This document shows, one piece after another, positions 23,827 through 37,200 of a DNA stretch of 64,000 nucleotides (the stretch's first letter is position 1; every line of letters starts with the position of its first letter). This DNA is from Klebsormidium nitens (lineage: Eukaryota; Plantae; Klebsormidiophyceae), in contig DF237041.1 of the NCBI GenBank assembly GCA_000708835.1, forward strand, positions 124,001 to 188,000. Direction: 5' to 3'. The notes under the pieces were generated by a model. It was not told the DNA's origin, ran no database searches, and saw only the letters and a program-made list of their open reading frames with translations. A program made the translations under genes and the position numbers.

Positions 23827-26531
23827 CTAGGGCACAATGTTGAGAGCAAGACCGACCTTGGCGCTCTTCTCCATTGCCTTTGTGTCAACCTCTGAAGAGA
23901 CCGTGAAGGTGTTCTTCGGCCTCCACTCGTGTTGTATGAGAGCGGCGAGCTTTCCATGGTTGTCGAGCCGCATCTTTGTAAGCGTGAGGGGATCCAGCCG
24001 GTAAGCAGTGCCGGCGGTGAAGGTGTTCGCATTATCATCAAACTTGTGGGCGACCTCAACCCCGACTGCCGTATCCACATTCACCGAGTGATAGTAGCTG
24101 GCCGTCAGTTTGTTGCCCTTGTCCGCGCTGCAGAAGTCACAGAATAGTCAGCCGAACCACTTCCCGGTGTTCATTGAGGCTGACCAGCCATGGAGGTACA
24201 TTGCTGATTTCTTTGCTTTCCCTTGGACGAAGAAATGCAGCTGCTCCTTTCAATACAGGGTCTGAGAAGCATTCACGAACTGCAGTGAATGGTACAATGA
24301 TTGCCACTGCTTCGAAGATAGCAATTCACAGCAATCTGCTCTTCTGCTAATCTGGAGAGACCGATCCTTCGATCAACACTGTGTACGTCCAGAGCTATTC
24401 CTCACAAGCTGGCAAACAGACTTCCAATCGAGAGCCCCTGATATTCCATCAGAAGGAGTACCACTTTGCTGCTCAGAATACATAAATACATCAAACAAAA
24501 GCTCGCAACTTGAGAACATGGGTCGGAGCAACTCACAGGATCGCAGCTGCAGAGAAATCCTTTTGCGAGTACTGAACCCCTGCAGTGTACTTGGTCACTT
24601 CGCCCTTGTTGGTGTCATAAGCACCCTCGCCTCCCACCAGAACGCCATCCTTTCCGATGGCAATGGACCCCTCTGCGACTGGTGACTGCTTCAAACCAAT
24701 GCTCCCCTTCAGCCCCACAAGGCCGCGCACATACTCGATGTCAAACTGCAAATAGCAGGGGACACGTGTGAAACTAACGTCACAATGGTTGCAAAGATTC
24801 AGGAACGCAGACAACTTCGGAACACAGCGTAAGTGACGACTTCCGAATACAACGTAAATCGCACAAATAACTTGCTATGTATGTGAGTTGCTCTCTGGAC
24901 TCTTGCATTGCCAAGAGGGCGCACGGCGCAACTTATAGACGCCATCGGCTGGATAAGACCAATGTTTTGCAGAGAAAGACCAGCGTTCTGCAACCACCGC
25001 TCGCTTCGTCAACCGCGGTGGCCAAAGACACGGGATGCTTACCTTGCCCGACTGCGAGTCAGGGATGGTACCCTTGATGATGGCTTTTAGCCCTGGCGCC
25101 AGGTCATTGACGGTCGTGGTCGTGTGAATCTGCATTTATCAAGACACAATGACTTTTTCAACCACCTGGAAAAGCAGACGAACTCCGACATCCAAACATT
25201 GCACAAATGACTCGTGTGTTCCTTGGTGATCGCTGGAACAAACCCTGGTCAATTTCATGCTCTCCGGATCTTAATGCCCAGTCTTTCCAGATTTCAACAC
25301 GTTGGAATCAATGCGATTGTGTGCGGCTGTGAACCAGCTTGGATAATCCAATCTCCTTAGAATATTGAGTGGTTTGCTCAACCAAATAATGTAATCTCGA
25401 AAACCTCAAAATGAGCGATGCTAGTGCCGAGATTTAGTACGCATTCAAATGAGTACAAGATCGAACCTCATTGATTGCCGATCTGCAAGAATTGACAAGC
25501 ATTTGGCTCACCTTTGACGCCGAGTCAATCTTCCATTCAGTCTGCAGATTGTTTTTCTTGTAGCAGGCCTTGACCTCTGCCAATGCTGCCTCTCCCTTCT
25601 TTGTGCCAGTGGAAGAGAGAACCTGCAGACAAGCAAAAAACTTATGCTCGGGCACCGATGCATGCAGCCAGAGCTCTCCATTTGCTTTCAGGACAGCAAG
25701 TCCACAGATTTTGACATCCTTCAACTCGCACTTTTGAATTATTATCCAGTCAACGTAAGATGCACAACAAAGCTGCCACGAGGTCCTGAGGTGGACCAGA
25801 ACTAGGATCTGACTATGCACACATGCCTCGTCCTAGTTTTCAATCCTGAGATTTGCAATGCCTGATCAGACAGGTGAAAGCCTAGTGCAAGAAAGGCGAA
25901 ACCCTAGTGCAAGTATCAGAGATACATTGGTAACAGTATACCTTCTAAGGCAAAGCTCTTTGCCTGTCGACACCCTTCTGACTAATGCAACAATTTCTTT
26001 TCGCCACAAGCCATTTGCATGCAGAAATGCACCAGATCAAAGCAGATGACTCGTGCCAAACTCATGCAAAGGGGTTGAATACCATTACCTGGAAAATCCA
26101 GCAGAGCATACAGAAACTACAACTGTAGATAGCTTGCTCAGATATGGACCAAGAGGAGATGCTCAATCACCCATTGCAGAAATGAACTCTAAAATCAGAA
26201 ATTGTTGTTGAGCTGCTCACCAGACCAGTGGAGGTGGTGGAGTTGATGGTGACCTTCTGCTCGGTCGTGAAGTCCTTGGTCAACAAGTCTGCAAAATGTC
26301 CTCTGCGTTGAGTCAGTTTCTTCCTCCCTCCCCTGACAACAAGCAACATCAATTGTCCACCTCCAGCAATGTAAACCCTTGCCTCAGCCCCAAGTGCTGC
26401 ATCCAAATCATTGCAGCAAAGGTTAACCAGCGCAGTTTCGACCGAATAAACCATCAAACCAGCAGTTGCGCAAGAACCTTACCCTTGGTCTGCTTCCCAA
26501 TGTCACCAAAGAAAGCAGGTCCCTTAGCCAT
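23827..26531 (-). CDS. VDAC: Mitochondrial outer membrane porin, multi-exon
   Basis: MAKGPAFFGDIGKQTK|DLLTKDF..., IHTTTTVNDLAPGLK, final exon ...RLDNHGKLAALIQHEWRPK...SSEVDTKAMEKSAKVGLALNIVP*, as in plant VDACs. Confidence 0.95.
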
Positions 26532-27106
26532 GGCTCCCGTTGCTTCTCGTTCACAACTATATCTGCAGACGCTCCAATTCAGCAACCAGTGTTCCAGCAA
26601 CCACCCTTTGCCTGCTGATCCTTCTCTGCGCGACAAGCCTGCCAGTGAATTCTGAATCTTGAAGTTGAGACTGCGCAGCTCAAAGGAGATTCTCGACACG
26701 AGGGTTAGGCGCGGTGCGAAACCCGGGTACGCTACCCTCGTTCGATTCCAGTGCTGACGTGGCAATGAATGTTCGGAGTTGGCTAGCAAGGCAGGTCAAT
26801 CACTCGACCAGTCTGAGTGATATACTTCCGCGTCGAAAGCTAAGATCCGGGTTGAGCCCAAACGGACATGGTTTAGCCTCGGCGTTGCTTGCTCTCCGCG
26901 TCTCTAGATTCCTCCTGACGTTTCCTCCTGAGCCTCCGAGTCCGAGTCAGAGGCGTGACTTCAGAGCAGAGAAACTTGAGAGGAGAAGTTGAAGCAAGGA
27001 AGAGCGCCTTTAAACGGATTGTGCATTCAGACTGAAGTTCTCTGCTACTTTTCATACCGGGGAGACACCATTTCGACATCCTTTTGATCTTGCAAACAGG
27101 AAAGCA

Positions 27107-30100
27107 ATGGCCCGTAGCAGAGGCGGAAGCCGACCAGGTGTGTATTCTTTCTGTTGGTGAAGTGAAGCTTCGACCTTCTCGGTGTGCCAAATCTTCGTTC
27201 TTCGTCACACGAGTCTTCGGAAGCTCTTGTGAAGACATCTTTCTTTCAAATACAAAGAGATATGCTTTTGGTGTTGAAACATGTCAAATCATTGCTCGAT
27301 CACACTGATTCAGTATTTTGAAAGGCCCCGTATGCAGCAAACCTGAAGATATGGTCATTTGTGCATGGGTTTGTTTGTTTTACCTTTGCAGAGGCGCAAA
27401 CTGGCTGCATCTACTTTATGTGGTGCATCGTTTGATGCGTGTGAATAGCTTTGGCTGCAAGGGGCCTGTTTAGCACGATGTGACTAGGCCTCTGGTCACA
27501 TGTTGCTCTGATGCCTGATAAGGACCGCGCTCTCCCTTTCCAAGAGGTTGATCTGGGTTTCTTGATTGAGCATAATATTTCGACCACAAATGACTCATCT
27601 TGATTGTTTTTGCACCACAGCTCTTCAGGGGCCCGCTCGCTCTGCAGCAGAGGACCACACTTGTCCTCGTTGTGAAGATTGATATTTGATTCTAGATGGC
27701 AAATACTTCCTAGACTGTTTAATCCAAATAGACTTACCTAGCTGTTCTTGCACCACAGCTCCCCGGGCGCCAGCTCGTCCTGCAGCAGCCCGCCCGGCAC
27801 CCCCTCCAGCAACGAGTGAGTTGTTTGCTTCCCTTCGCTTACCCCTATGTCTTCAGTGGGTGCAAATCTTGTGACGCCATGGTCGCCAGGGTGCAAATTG
27901 AAAGAGGGCCCTCGATGCTATTGGTCTTTTCTGTGTAAAGTTCGTCTCCGATGTCTGCACTTCATCGCAAGCATTTTCTTGTGCTTCAATAGGACCGAGT
28001 AGAAGAGTAGTCACGCAGATGTTTGACACCTTGTCGCACCCTGCGCCTTTGAAGGGTAGCGCAACGCATGATATGTTTCAGAGCCTCCTTGGGCAATCCA
28101 ATCGTGACTTCCTTTCTTGTGGGAAGCAGGAGGAACTTAGCAGTTGGGGACTAGAAGGTGGCGCTGCTATTTCCATGTCCTAATCCCCCTTCTCTGCTCT
28201 ATATTGGCCTAATTTTTGTCGCGAAGCGACTCAGTTACTGCTTGTTTCGGTGTTGCCCCATTTCCTGCACTAAACAGCGTTGCTTTCTGTGCAGCCCATT
28301 CGGCCCCCGCGCCCGCACACCATCAGCAAAGCAGCGGCGGCGGTTTGATGTCGAGCATTGGCTCCACAATTGCGCAGGGTGAGTTTGAATCTGCCATCCT
28401 GGCTTCTAGTTGTCGGGCTGAAGTAATACCTCTCTCTTTGGCTAAGATGGGAAAGGTTATTCAAGAAACATTCTGTTTGCTGTCTGCCGCAGCGGACGTC
28501 CTGCTCTGACATCTGTGTGAAGAGAAGGCGGTTTTCTGCGAAAACGAAGGACTCAAGGATTTTGTTGTCAAGGTCCAGCTGGGGGAGTGTTTCATGCGAG
28601 CCTGGCATCTGAAGTGCCACTCTGGTTTAGCCTGCCTTTTCATCGGTGTTGTGGTCAGGTTTTTGCTTGCCGTCAGTTTTGATCAGGTTGTGAAAGATGC
28701 TTCAGGTTCTGACTGGCTGGCTTGAGAGTGTCCAGGATCCTTGGAGTTTTCTGCTGTTGTGATTTGGTGTGATTTGGTGTGACTTGGTGTAAAAGGGGAT
28801 GAGGGATCAGCCTATACAAGTTGTCAAATTACCACTCAGAAGAGACGAGCATCTCGTTTCAATCTTGATCGAAGCATCAAGCCCATCCGAGCCAACTGAA
28901 TTGCGCATAACACTTTTCTTGCGATGTTTCGTTCATGTTTGAACGCCCCTCCCATTCGGCCCCAGCTGTTGAGCTTCTTGGGCTCCTTGGTAGTTAGCAG
29001 ACCTTTACTTTGTCCGCTTCCAAATGTTACCTCCAACGATCAGTTGTGGTTCTTTAAATTTTTGCATGGGGTGTACGGCCGTTGGGATTGTCGAATCCGA
29101 CAAAAATGATCAACGACAGGAGAGCCAGAATTCAGTGGTCGAGGTCTGTGTTTGCTGCTTGTTCACGGGATGTTTCGAATCTCCTCTGGTTTTGCATGTT
29201 TGCACCAAGGCCAAGGCCTATTTCCATAACTTTTGCCAGGCCTAAAAATGGAGATTCTATTGCGAGTGAGATTGTTGCTCAACACCTTTTGTTGCATAGG
29301 TTATTGAGGTCATTGGTTGCTGTTGCAGGTATGGCTTTCGGCGGTGGCAGCGCCGTCGCCCATCGGGCAGTCGACGCCGTGATGGGCCCGAGGACCGTGC
29401 ACGCGGCGCCCGAGGCTCCTTCCGCAGCCGCCGAGCCGGCTCAGTATGCTGGCAACAGCGCCGCCCAGTTTTCCAACAGCAGCATGGACAACGCCTGCAG
29501 CAACCAGACGAAGTCGTTCCGCGATGTGAGCTGTCGCTTCCTTTGTTCATTGGATCTTTCTGCAGGTGTTCCCCCCCGCTTTTGCGTCAGCTTGGTTTGT
29601 GACGAGTTGGAACGGGGCAGTTTGCCGCACGTGCCGTCGTTCCCTCAGCCGAAAGTACAGTTGAGAACAAGTGTGCTCATTGGTATCGTTCTGCTACGTA
29701 CAAAATGGTGAAGCCGAAGGCGTTGGGATTTTGCGAGGTTCAGGGACCGCTTGCAGGGATAAACGGAGACCTGCCTGGTTACCGGTTGCTTTTTGTGTTG
29801 GCAAACGTGCTTCAGTTCAAAATCAACGTCCCGCTAAACGCTCGGAGGAGAAGCGGGGTCTAAATCCGATGACGATAAGGTTTCTGGCCTGGGATGCGTT
29901 TTCCAAAGTTCATCTCATTTCTATCTTATCGTTTTCGGAGCTGCCCGAGCGACTATTGCTGGTGGTATTCTCGAATTGGATGATTTGCTCTCAAGATTGC
30001 CTACCTCTCAGCTCCGGCCTGTCACAGCTCGGACTCCCTTTCTTCTGCTTGAAGTAACGCGTTTCTTGGGCACACCCACTGCTGTTGGTCAATGTTTCCC

Positions 30101-30422
30101 AGGTACGGTAGCAGGTAATCAGGACATGAAGTGGCCCAGCTGCGCAGCATGTACGACGCCCCTGAACTGTACCAGGGGTCCTAAACGACCGGGGAAATTT
30201 GGTGTGCTTATGACGGGGAGGCTTTGAATATGGTGATTGGGGAGATTTTGATCATGGTGTTTTGATAAAATCGGAGTGCCTAAATCTATTGCCTTATGAG
30301 GATTATTAAGACGTTTGAAATTGTTTCTGCAGTGCATCGAACATTACGGCGACGACATCTCCAAGTGCCAGTTCTACGCCGACATGCTCAAGGAGTGCAG
30401 AACAAACAGCGGCTGTGAGTAA
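27107..30422 (+). CDS. CHCH-domain mitochondrial protein, CHCHD2/CHCHD10/Mix17-like (about 5 coding exons; last codons uncertain)
   Basis: MARSRGGSRP|APRAPARP..., GGGLMSSIGSTIAQ|GMAFGGGSAVAHRAVDAVMGPR, then twin CX9C-type C..QTKSFRD|CIEHYGDDISKCQFYADMLKEC. Confidence 0.9.
27590..27800 (+). repeat. Duplicated acceptor plus exon-2 start in the CHCH gene (echo AG ending 27620, real AG ending 27758)
   Basis: ttgcaccacag|ctcttcaggggcccgctcgctctgcagcag versus ttgcaccacag|ctccccgggcgccagctcgtcctgcagcag, 138 bp apart. Confidence 0.8.
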
Positions 30423-31040
30423 CAGTGTTTGCCCTCGTCCAAGTCTTTTGCAAACGCACGGATGCCTCATAATGCTGTTGTGCTTCTACGCCCTTACAAA
30501 AATTTTGAGGGGTTTGTCTTCGTGCTGTGGGCAGTGCGCAGTACATGCCTTAGTGAAGTAGGCGGATCCGCATGATCGACGTCCTTGTGTTCGCTTGTTG
30601 AAGCTTTCCGATGTTTTGGTTATTTGACAAACGCGTTCCCTTTGTGCAGCGGTTTTGTAGGACGACCGCTCGTCGTGGAGAGCGTTCATTATGTATTCAG
30701 CATTAGACATTACCGGCCCTCTTTGGGGTTAGTCTTGAGAAAAACTCGATTCAAATTGTTTGGTCGCCACACATGAGGCCCGCAAAGAAATGACATTTAG
30801 CCTTTGAGCATAGAAAAATATTCATCAATGGTGGCAGGTTCTCGCACACTAATATCAGTTCCCGCCCATACCTTTCGACACCTGACATGTGAAATCAGTG
30901 CCAATATGCACTGACAGGCTGATGCATGATTTATACGGGATCGGATCTGTAGCTGGGAGCTGTACAGATGCGGCATTGCATGGCGCCAGCCAACCTGCTG
31001 CAGGCAGAGCTTTCGAAGTCGGTTAATTGTCATTTAGTCA

Positions 31041-31390
31041 TGTAACGCCCATCAATCCGACACACTATATAACTTAGCATGATCGCATGTATGCGCGTGC
31101 ACAAATAACGGAATGTGCAATGGATTTCAATGGATCTTCAGCTAGCTATATTTTGAATCGATTCGATCCGGCCCTAGCTCTTATATAATATTAGGAACCC
31201 TAGCTCTTCTTATATTAGGAATATTCCACATGCAACGCGCGTGCCAGTCGGATTCAAGCGCACATGCATGCAGCCACATCCGTATGCATCCGCTTAATTG
31301 GAGTCACTGCGCTTGGCACATGTGTGTCTATATGTGATAACCCGGGTCATGCCAGCCATGGGCCCGCCAAGACTCTCACCAGGGGAGACA
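31041..31390. mobile_element. Possible decayed solo LTR or repeat relic
   Basis: Starts TGTAACGCCC (a Ty3/Gypsy-like LTR start) and ends near GGGGAGACA. Has an internal ~25-bp duplication with a TATA-like core and is CATG-rich. No TSD found. Confidence 0.25.
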
Positions 31391-31775
31391 CGTATGAGGC
31401 TGCTTCGATCTTGCCTGAGTGATGCAGCTTTCAAGTAAGTGGCTCAGCTGGGCCGTGTTGCAGGCTGCCCTGCTCTTGCATGACACTGAGGTTCTTCTAA
31501 TGAACGTATATGTATCGATCTATTATGCTAGAGCAAATGGTACAAACAAGCATGCGGCGAACATGTCATGCAGATGCACCACAAAACAGATCTCTCGTTA
31601 TTAGAATATGCAGACAACCTTGAAGGAAGACCTCCTAGTGATTAATGGTACCGGAACTCTTGCAACGCAACCGAATTCTCTGGTTACACCACCTCTTGCA
31701 TTAATCCTGTCATAGAGCTTGGGCGTAATGAATCTCCGCAAACATTAGCACTACTGTTAGGGCCTACCGTACTTT

Positions 31776-33731
31776 TCAGTCGTTGGCAAGGACAAGGAAA
31801 CCTACTGCCACGTACAGCAAGAACACCGGGTACACGGCGAGGGCTTTCCGTGCGGGCGGCACAGCGGACGAAAGGAACGGGTATGCTGACCAAGAGCTCC
31901 AAGCCAAGGAGACAAGAACCACCACACTCCGGAAGAGCTTGTTGCTCCAGCCTAAGCAGACAAGTGCACCCGCGTCCAGGGGGAAGAGGCAGTAACCGAG
32001 CACACTGAGGCTCTGGAAGAAGATGATCTTGCCACCCTACAAGGAGCACAGCAAGAAAGATATCTAAGCACAAGGGTAGCATACAACATAGCACACATAG
32101 ATCTGTCTTTGTGAAAACGAGGTCTGGAAGGGCGGGATTGACAGGTGGGGGACTGGGAGAAGAACCTCTACCGCAAAGAACTTGCGATCTTTGAAGAACG
32201 CAGATGAGTGTTCGAGCAGTGGGAAGGAAAACATGAAGCTGTGGGGATATGTGACAAAAGCAGGACGTGACAATTCGGTGCAGAATCCAAGTTGGTTGAA
32301 GAGAAAGCAGTGAGATCCAGAACATCTCAGGCGTCATAATTCAGATCCACTGATCTAAGGGGAATCTGCCCTTAGGCAGGATTAGTGCTGAAAGTCCTCT
32401 CTTCAGAAGTGAGATCAATTTCCTCCTATTTGAACAGCATCAAGTAGTAAGCAAAAAGTACAAGCATTTACTTACCAGAAGAATGACGTTGAGAGTCAAG
32501 ACGACTGCTCCTGAGGAGAGGACTGCAAACACGACGGCGAAGACCACGGACTGCAATGGTCGAGCAAGTCGCCAAGTCAATTGACAGCGCTCTGAGAGGA
32601 GCAAGTTCCTCTGGGTTCCTCATCTCTGAAGAAGGATACTGATCAAAGCTGCTCCCAAGTATCCCCTTCACAATCCAATCCCCGAGAGTTCTACTTGACC
32701 TTTGATTCAATTGTTCGTGCTACTCAGGTGAGAACTTTCACTGTCTAGAAAACCAACTTGCTAAAAGCAGAGACTACTGTTCATCATCTTTTACTCTTCC
32801 TGCTTGCACTGACGTTGTTCTTCTCTTAACAGACAAGAAGCCGAATTCCCAAGGCCATGAGGACGTAAACGCAATCTGTCATCAACCACGAGCCAGCTTC
32901 AGAAGGTGCATTCAGAAGAACGTGCTGGGGCTTTTCAGAGAGGCGCCATAAGTTAGATCACCATCTCAATTGAGCTGCTATTAAGTAGGCTGCACAAGCC
33001 CAGCAACTTTTCTAAGGGCAGATAATCAACCGCATTGGATTGAGCAGCTGCAAAGCAAGTTCATCGGTACAACCCTAATGTGAAAAAGTGAGCTTCTGCT
33101 TAAATTTGCCTCCAGCTCGAGCTACTGGAGGTGGTGGTTCGCAATCAACCTGATCCAAGCAGACTCTGCAAATTGTATCTGAAATTATTCTAGACTTCTT
33201 CCCGATCTTCTTCAACAAGCATGCCAGACTACTTACTTTGTTGTGCGAGGCCGAAGACGAAAGCGTCAGGGCCAGAAAGATGATGAAGAAAAGCGGGCCC
33301 CATAGATCCCAGTCGCGCAGAGCCTTCCCTGGCTGCGCCCCCGAGAAGCAGGGAAAGACCACGGTCCACACATTGCTCGCCACCCGCAAAATGTCCCTCC
33401 TCAGGGTGTGCCACACAGGCTCAGTTAGGGTTGAGTGGACGGGGGCACTTCCGAATCCCGACGCAGACGGCGCGGCTGGCGGCACTGATGAGGAGGAAGA
33501 CGCGCCATTTGGATTGGTAGAGACCGGAACCGGGGGTGCGGGCGTGCTGAACAGGCCAGCAGGCACGGGGGGAACCTGAGGAACTTTGGGGGGGCTTTTG
33601 GGGCGAGACGGGGGGAGCTGCTGGATAGGGATGGCTGGCTGGACACTGGCACTAAACAGCTGATCGATCTCGTCAATGTCGTCCCGGGAGTCCAGCAGCG
33701 CCTTGTTGGACGTCATCATGCTCCCATACAT
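31776..33731 (-). CDS. Yip1-domain Golgi protein, YIP4/YIPF6-like (3 coding exons; start at 33731 or 33719)
   Basis: [14 protein letters not shown]...[44 protein letters not shown]|[20 protein letters not shown]...[13 protein letters not shown]. Confidence 0.93.
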
Positions 33732-34239
33732 GCGATGCGGGAGGAACTTAATCTGCCCGATTATCAGGAACCTGCCCCCAGCGAGCCAGCACTCAAAAGG
33801 AGCCTCACAATTTTCTCGCCAAGAATGAGTTGAGCCACAACTTCAGCCGTGAAGTTGAGGGGCGGATCGCAGCGCTGAGCGGACACTTGCCATTGGCCCC
33901 GGTGGGCCTTGATTTATAGCTGCCTCCCCTTTGTCAAGGCTGCAGGCACCTGCCTGCTTTTGAATGGGAAAATACCAATTACGGTAGAAAGGCGCACGGC
34001 GGATGGCCGCCAATACAGTGAGCATATATTAAAAAGCTGCACGCTTATGACGGGGTAATTTTGCGCAGCCAACTACAATCTGTAATCGTTTCTGCGTGGC
34101 TTGAGTGGCCGATTTCTGTGCTCGCATGCCCGTTTGTCCGCAATACTCCGTGGACATTTCGAAGCGTATATCTGCGAATATCCGTGCCAGGAATGGTAGG
34201 ATTCTGAATTCAACAATTTCCTGTTCCAACTGATCAGGG

Positions 34240-37200
34240 TGAAGGTGGGTGAAGGCGGCGACGTACACGGTACAGAAGAACTTCTGAGTTGGTTGGCGCA
34301 CTGCACCTGCATGAGGTGCTGTGGGCATTGTGAGTGGTGTGGCAGGCTGCGAAAGGCTTTTCAGAGTGGCAGATTGCTTGCTTCAGGTTCCTTGTCAAGT
34401 ATCCACAGGTTGGTCCACTACCATTGCAAATCAAAGAGGAGGCTCTGAGGCAATGGTTGGTGGCGTTTGGAGCACCACCTCGAGCAGGTAGGAATCTTGA
34501 TGAGCAGTGCATGTTTGTCGGGAACTTTTACTCCTAATCGGTATCAGATTGTGGTCTGATGCATCGGTTCTGCATGCTGCTGATAAGCTCATTGCAATTG
34601 GGAGGTGGCTGCGACGTCCTCATCAGAAGTTGAAAAGCTACCATATCCAAGTTAAGGTTCTAGTATTGAAGTCGCCTGCTCCTCTTGTACCAGACTTGAG
34701 TGTAAAAATCGCATTTGATGGAAGCCAAAAGCATCAGACTTATTTGAGCACGATAATGCAGGCTTGCTTTGGTGCCTGCAGCTTGCAATCTTTTTGTTGG
34801 ACTTTGTTCAAATGAGGCCATCTCTTTCAAATGAAACCAGGGCTTGTGAAATTTCAGCAGGATACGCTTCTCATTTGAGCTTTTAAGGACTCTTCTTCTG
34901 TGCAACTGCATCTTTAAATTGGCATCTTCCAGTGCAACAAATGTTGTTTTGATGTGAAAGGCACACCTGCGAAGTTGTTTGATGTGCATGATATAAACAT
35001 GTAGGAGAAACAGTTGATGGTGTCAGGCTTAAACAAAAAAAGCGATCCTCAGCGAGCCCTGTTACTGAGGAACCTGATTCTACACTCTCACCTTGCAGAA
35101 ACAGTTTGCAGCCGCTGGCACGCTGCAGTTCGCTGGCAGCTCAGCCATCCCTGAGGATAAGGGCAGTGAAACTTCTAGCATCTGGACTGAAGGTCGAGAA
35201 TAAGTCTCAGATTGAGCACTAGGCAGCGAAGCAGGACACTACAACAGGACACTGCAAGAGATCCGTCTAGCTACATTGGGGGCCGCCTGTGAGTCCCCCA
35301 AGTCCACCTCTAGCTTGATGCTTCCCCAAGGGAAAGTCTCCGCTGCTGGTGCAAAGCGACAGAAGCGGAGCGAGGGGCCGTGCGGTGCGCTGGAGCTCAA
35401 CCCCCCGAGCATGGCAACGGCCTCCGGACCGTCTGCGCAAGCAGCGAGCGCTGCCGGACAGCAGCACCGGTCCGCAGGGAGGTTTCCGCAGGGCACGTTT
35501 TTCTTCCGTGCGCACGTAGCAAGCCCTGAGGAGTCGGAACACGGGAAGCATGCGGAGCAGGGAGTGGCTCTGGTGTTCAGCCCGGGGTTTCCGTCGGAGT
35601 TCGACCTGCTCTTGCCACCGCAGGTGCTGCAAAAAGCTGGCCTCCGGCCAAAGCCACCGCCGGACGAAGCGGGGCCGTCAACCTCAAGCGCAGGGGTGGG
35701 TCCCGCTTTCTCGGAAGCCTAAATGGTCTATGAACACAAGGGAGGCACAAGCGAGCATGTCCTCAGCTGGTCTTCTGCCTCAGGTCACGGAGTTTGTACC
35801 GAGCTTCACTTTATCTTTGTGGCGTTTCTTTCTGTGCCACAACTAGATGCACCCGAGTCTCACACCTTCTTTGGTGAACAGGTTCCTTCACGCTCTGTGT
35901 TGTACTCGCTTCGTCAAACTTTCTCTGATTCAGATTGTTCAACCCCATCCACATCAGGTTCGCTTGCCAATCTCTGGAAATGCCAAGGGCGATTCTTATC
36001 CTTGTTGAAGCCCTTGTTCACAGGGGGATAAGGAAGGTGCTTGATTCTCCCATGGTCTGGTTGCTCTGTCCCGCAGGGATGTGTCCAATACAACTTCATC
36101 TCTGTACTTGGCAAAGAGATTCCGAGTGTTGTGTGGCAGTCACACAGATTCTACTTGCTTTGCCTGAAAGGCTTTTTTCAAACAGACAAAGAATCTTGAA
36201 CAGTCTCCTGTCTTATTGCCTCACCTCTCTCGCAGCCTCTCTTCAGAGCAAGAAGTTTATTTTGCAATGGTGGCCCCTCTTGAACACCATCATACCTCCG
36301 AGTTCCTGGTCCGTCAAATTATGAATCTCCTACCTCCTCCTCATTTTCGACCTCCTTCCGAGTCTAGCCGAGCCTGTGACGCGAGAACGGCAGGCCAGAA
36401 GGGAGTAGAGCCTCCCGTCCTTTATATCTAATTTGCCTCGTCCCTTTTCCTGCCCCTGAGCACTCTGAATTCCGCAGAATCTGATGTTCGATTCCCTTAG
36501 TGAGATTCTCAATTTGCAGTTCGTGGAGTACGGGCCGCTAGACTGCTCGGTTCAACTACAGCTAGCAGGGAGCGAAAGCATCGTGACCGGCCGCTTGGAT
36601 GCAGCCGCCCCCCCTTCCTCTGGCCTGCCTGACCCCCCCCCTTCGACAAGCTATGTCCCTCCAGAGTCAATAGTGGCGCGTGTCCGCTCCAGAAGGAAAA
36701 AGGTGGGTCGTTCTTTTGGTCCTCGCTCCAAATACTCTCTTCTTACCTGCACTTCGTATCCAATACTTTTCCAGGGGTTGTAGGGGCGGATAGTCGGCAG
36801 ACAAGGCAGGGAAGCCCGATCAGGGATTAGTACCGGGGAGATTGCATCGTTTCGAGACGAACGAAATCCAAGTAGGAGCACCGATGAGTGTGCTAGTCAG
36901 TGTGACGAGTCAACCAAAGATGGAAGATTGATGCATAGCATGGGGCTGTATCCGGCAGTCAGCTGACTCAACGGACGCGTACGTAAATGGGCTTCGTAAG
37001 CTGCCTTTATGGAAGAAGGGCCGGTGCTGGTGGGATGTCAGAGAGCAAACGACCGGGGGCGAATTCCGAAAGCCATGCCTCAGAAGTTTCGACTTTTTGG
37101 AGACTGGTTCCTGGACTTGCTGCAGCTGAATTACTATACGAATAGGGGGACTCGATTCGGTAGGAAGATTGTCACACTGGGTCGGATTGTTATGGGTCAG

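Noticed and set aside
26735-26755. tRNA or B-box (GTTCGATTCC)
   Set aside because: No cloverleaf, D-arm or acceptor stem could be built around it.
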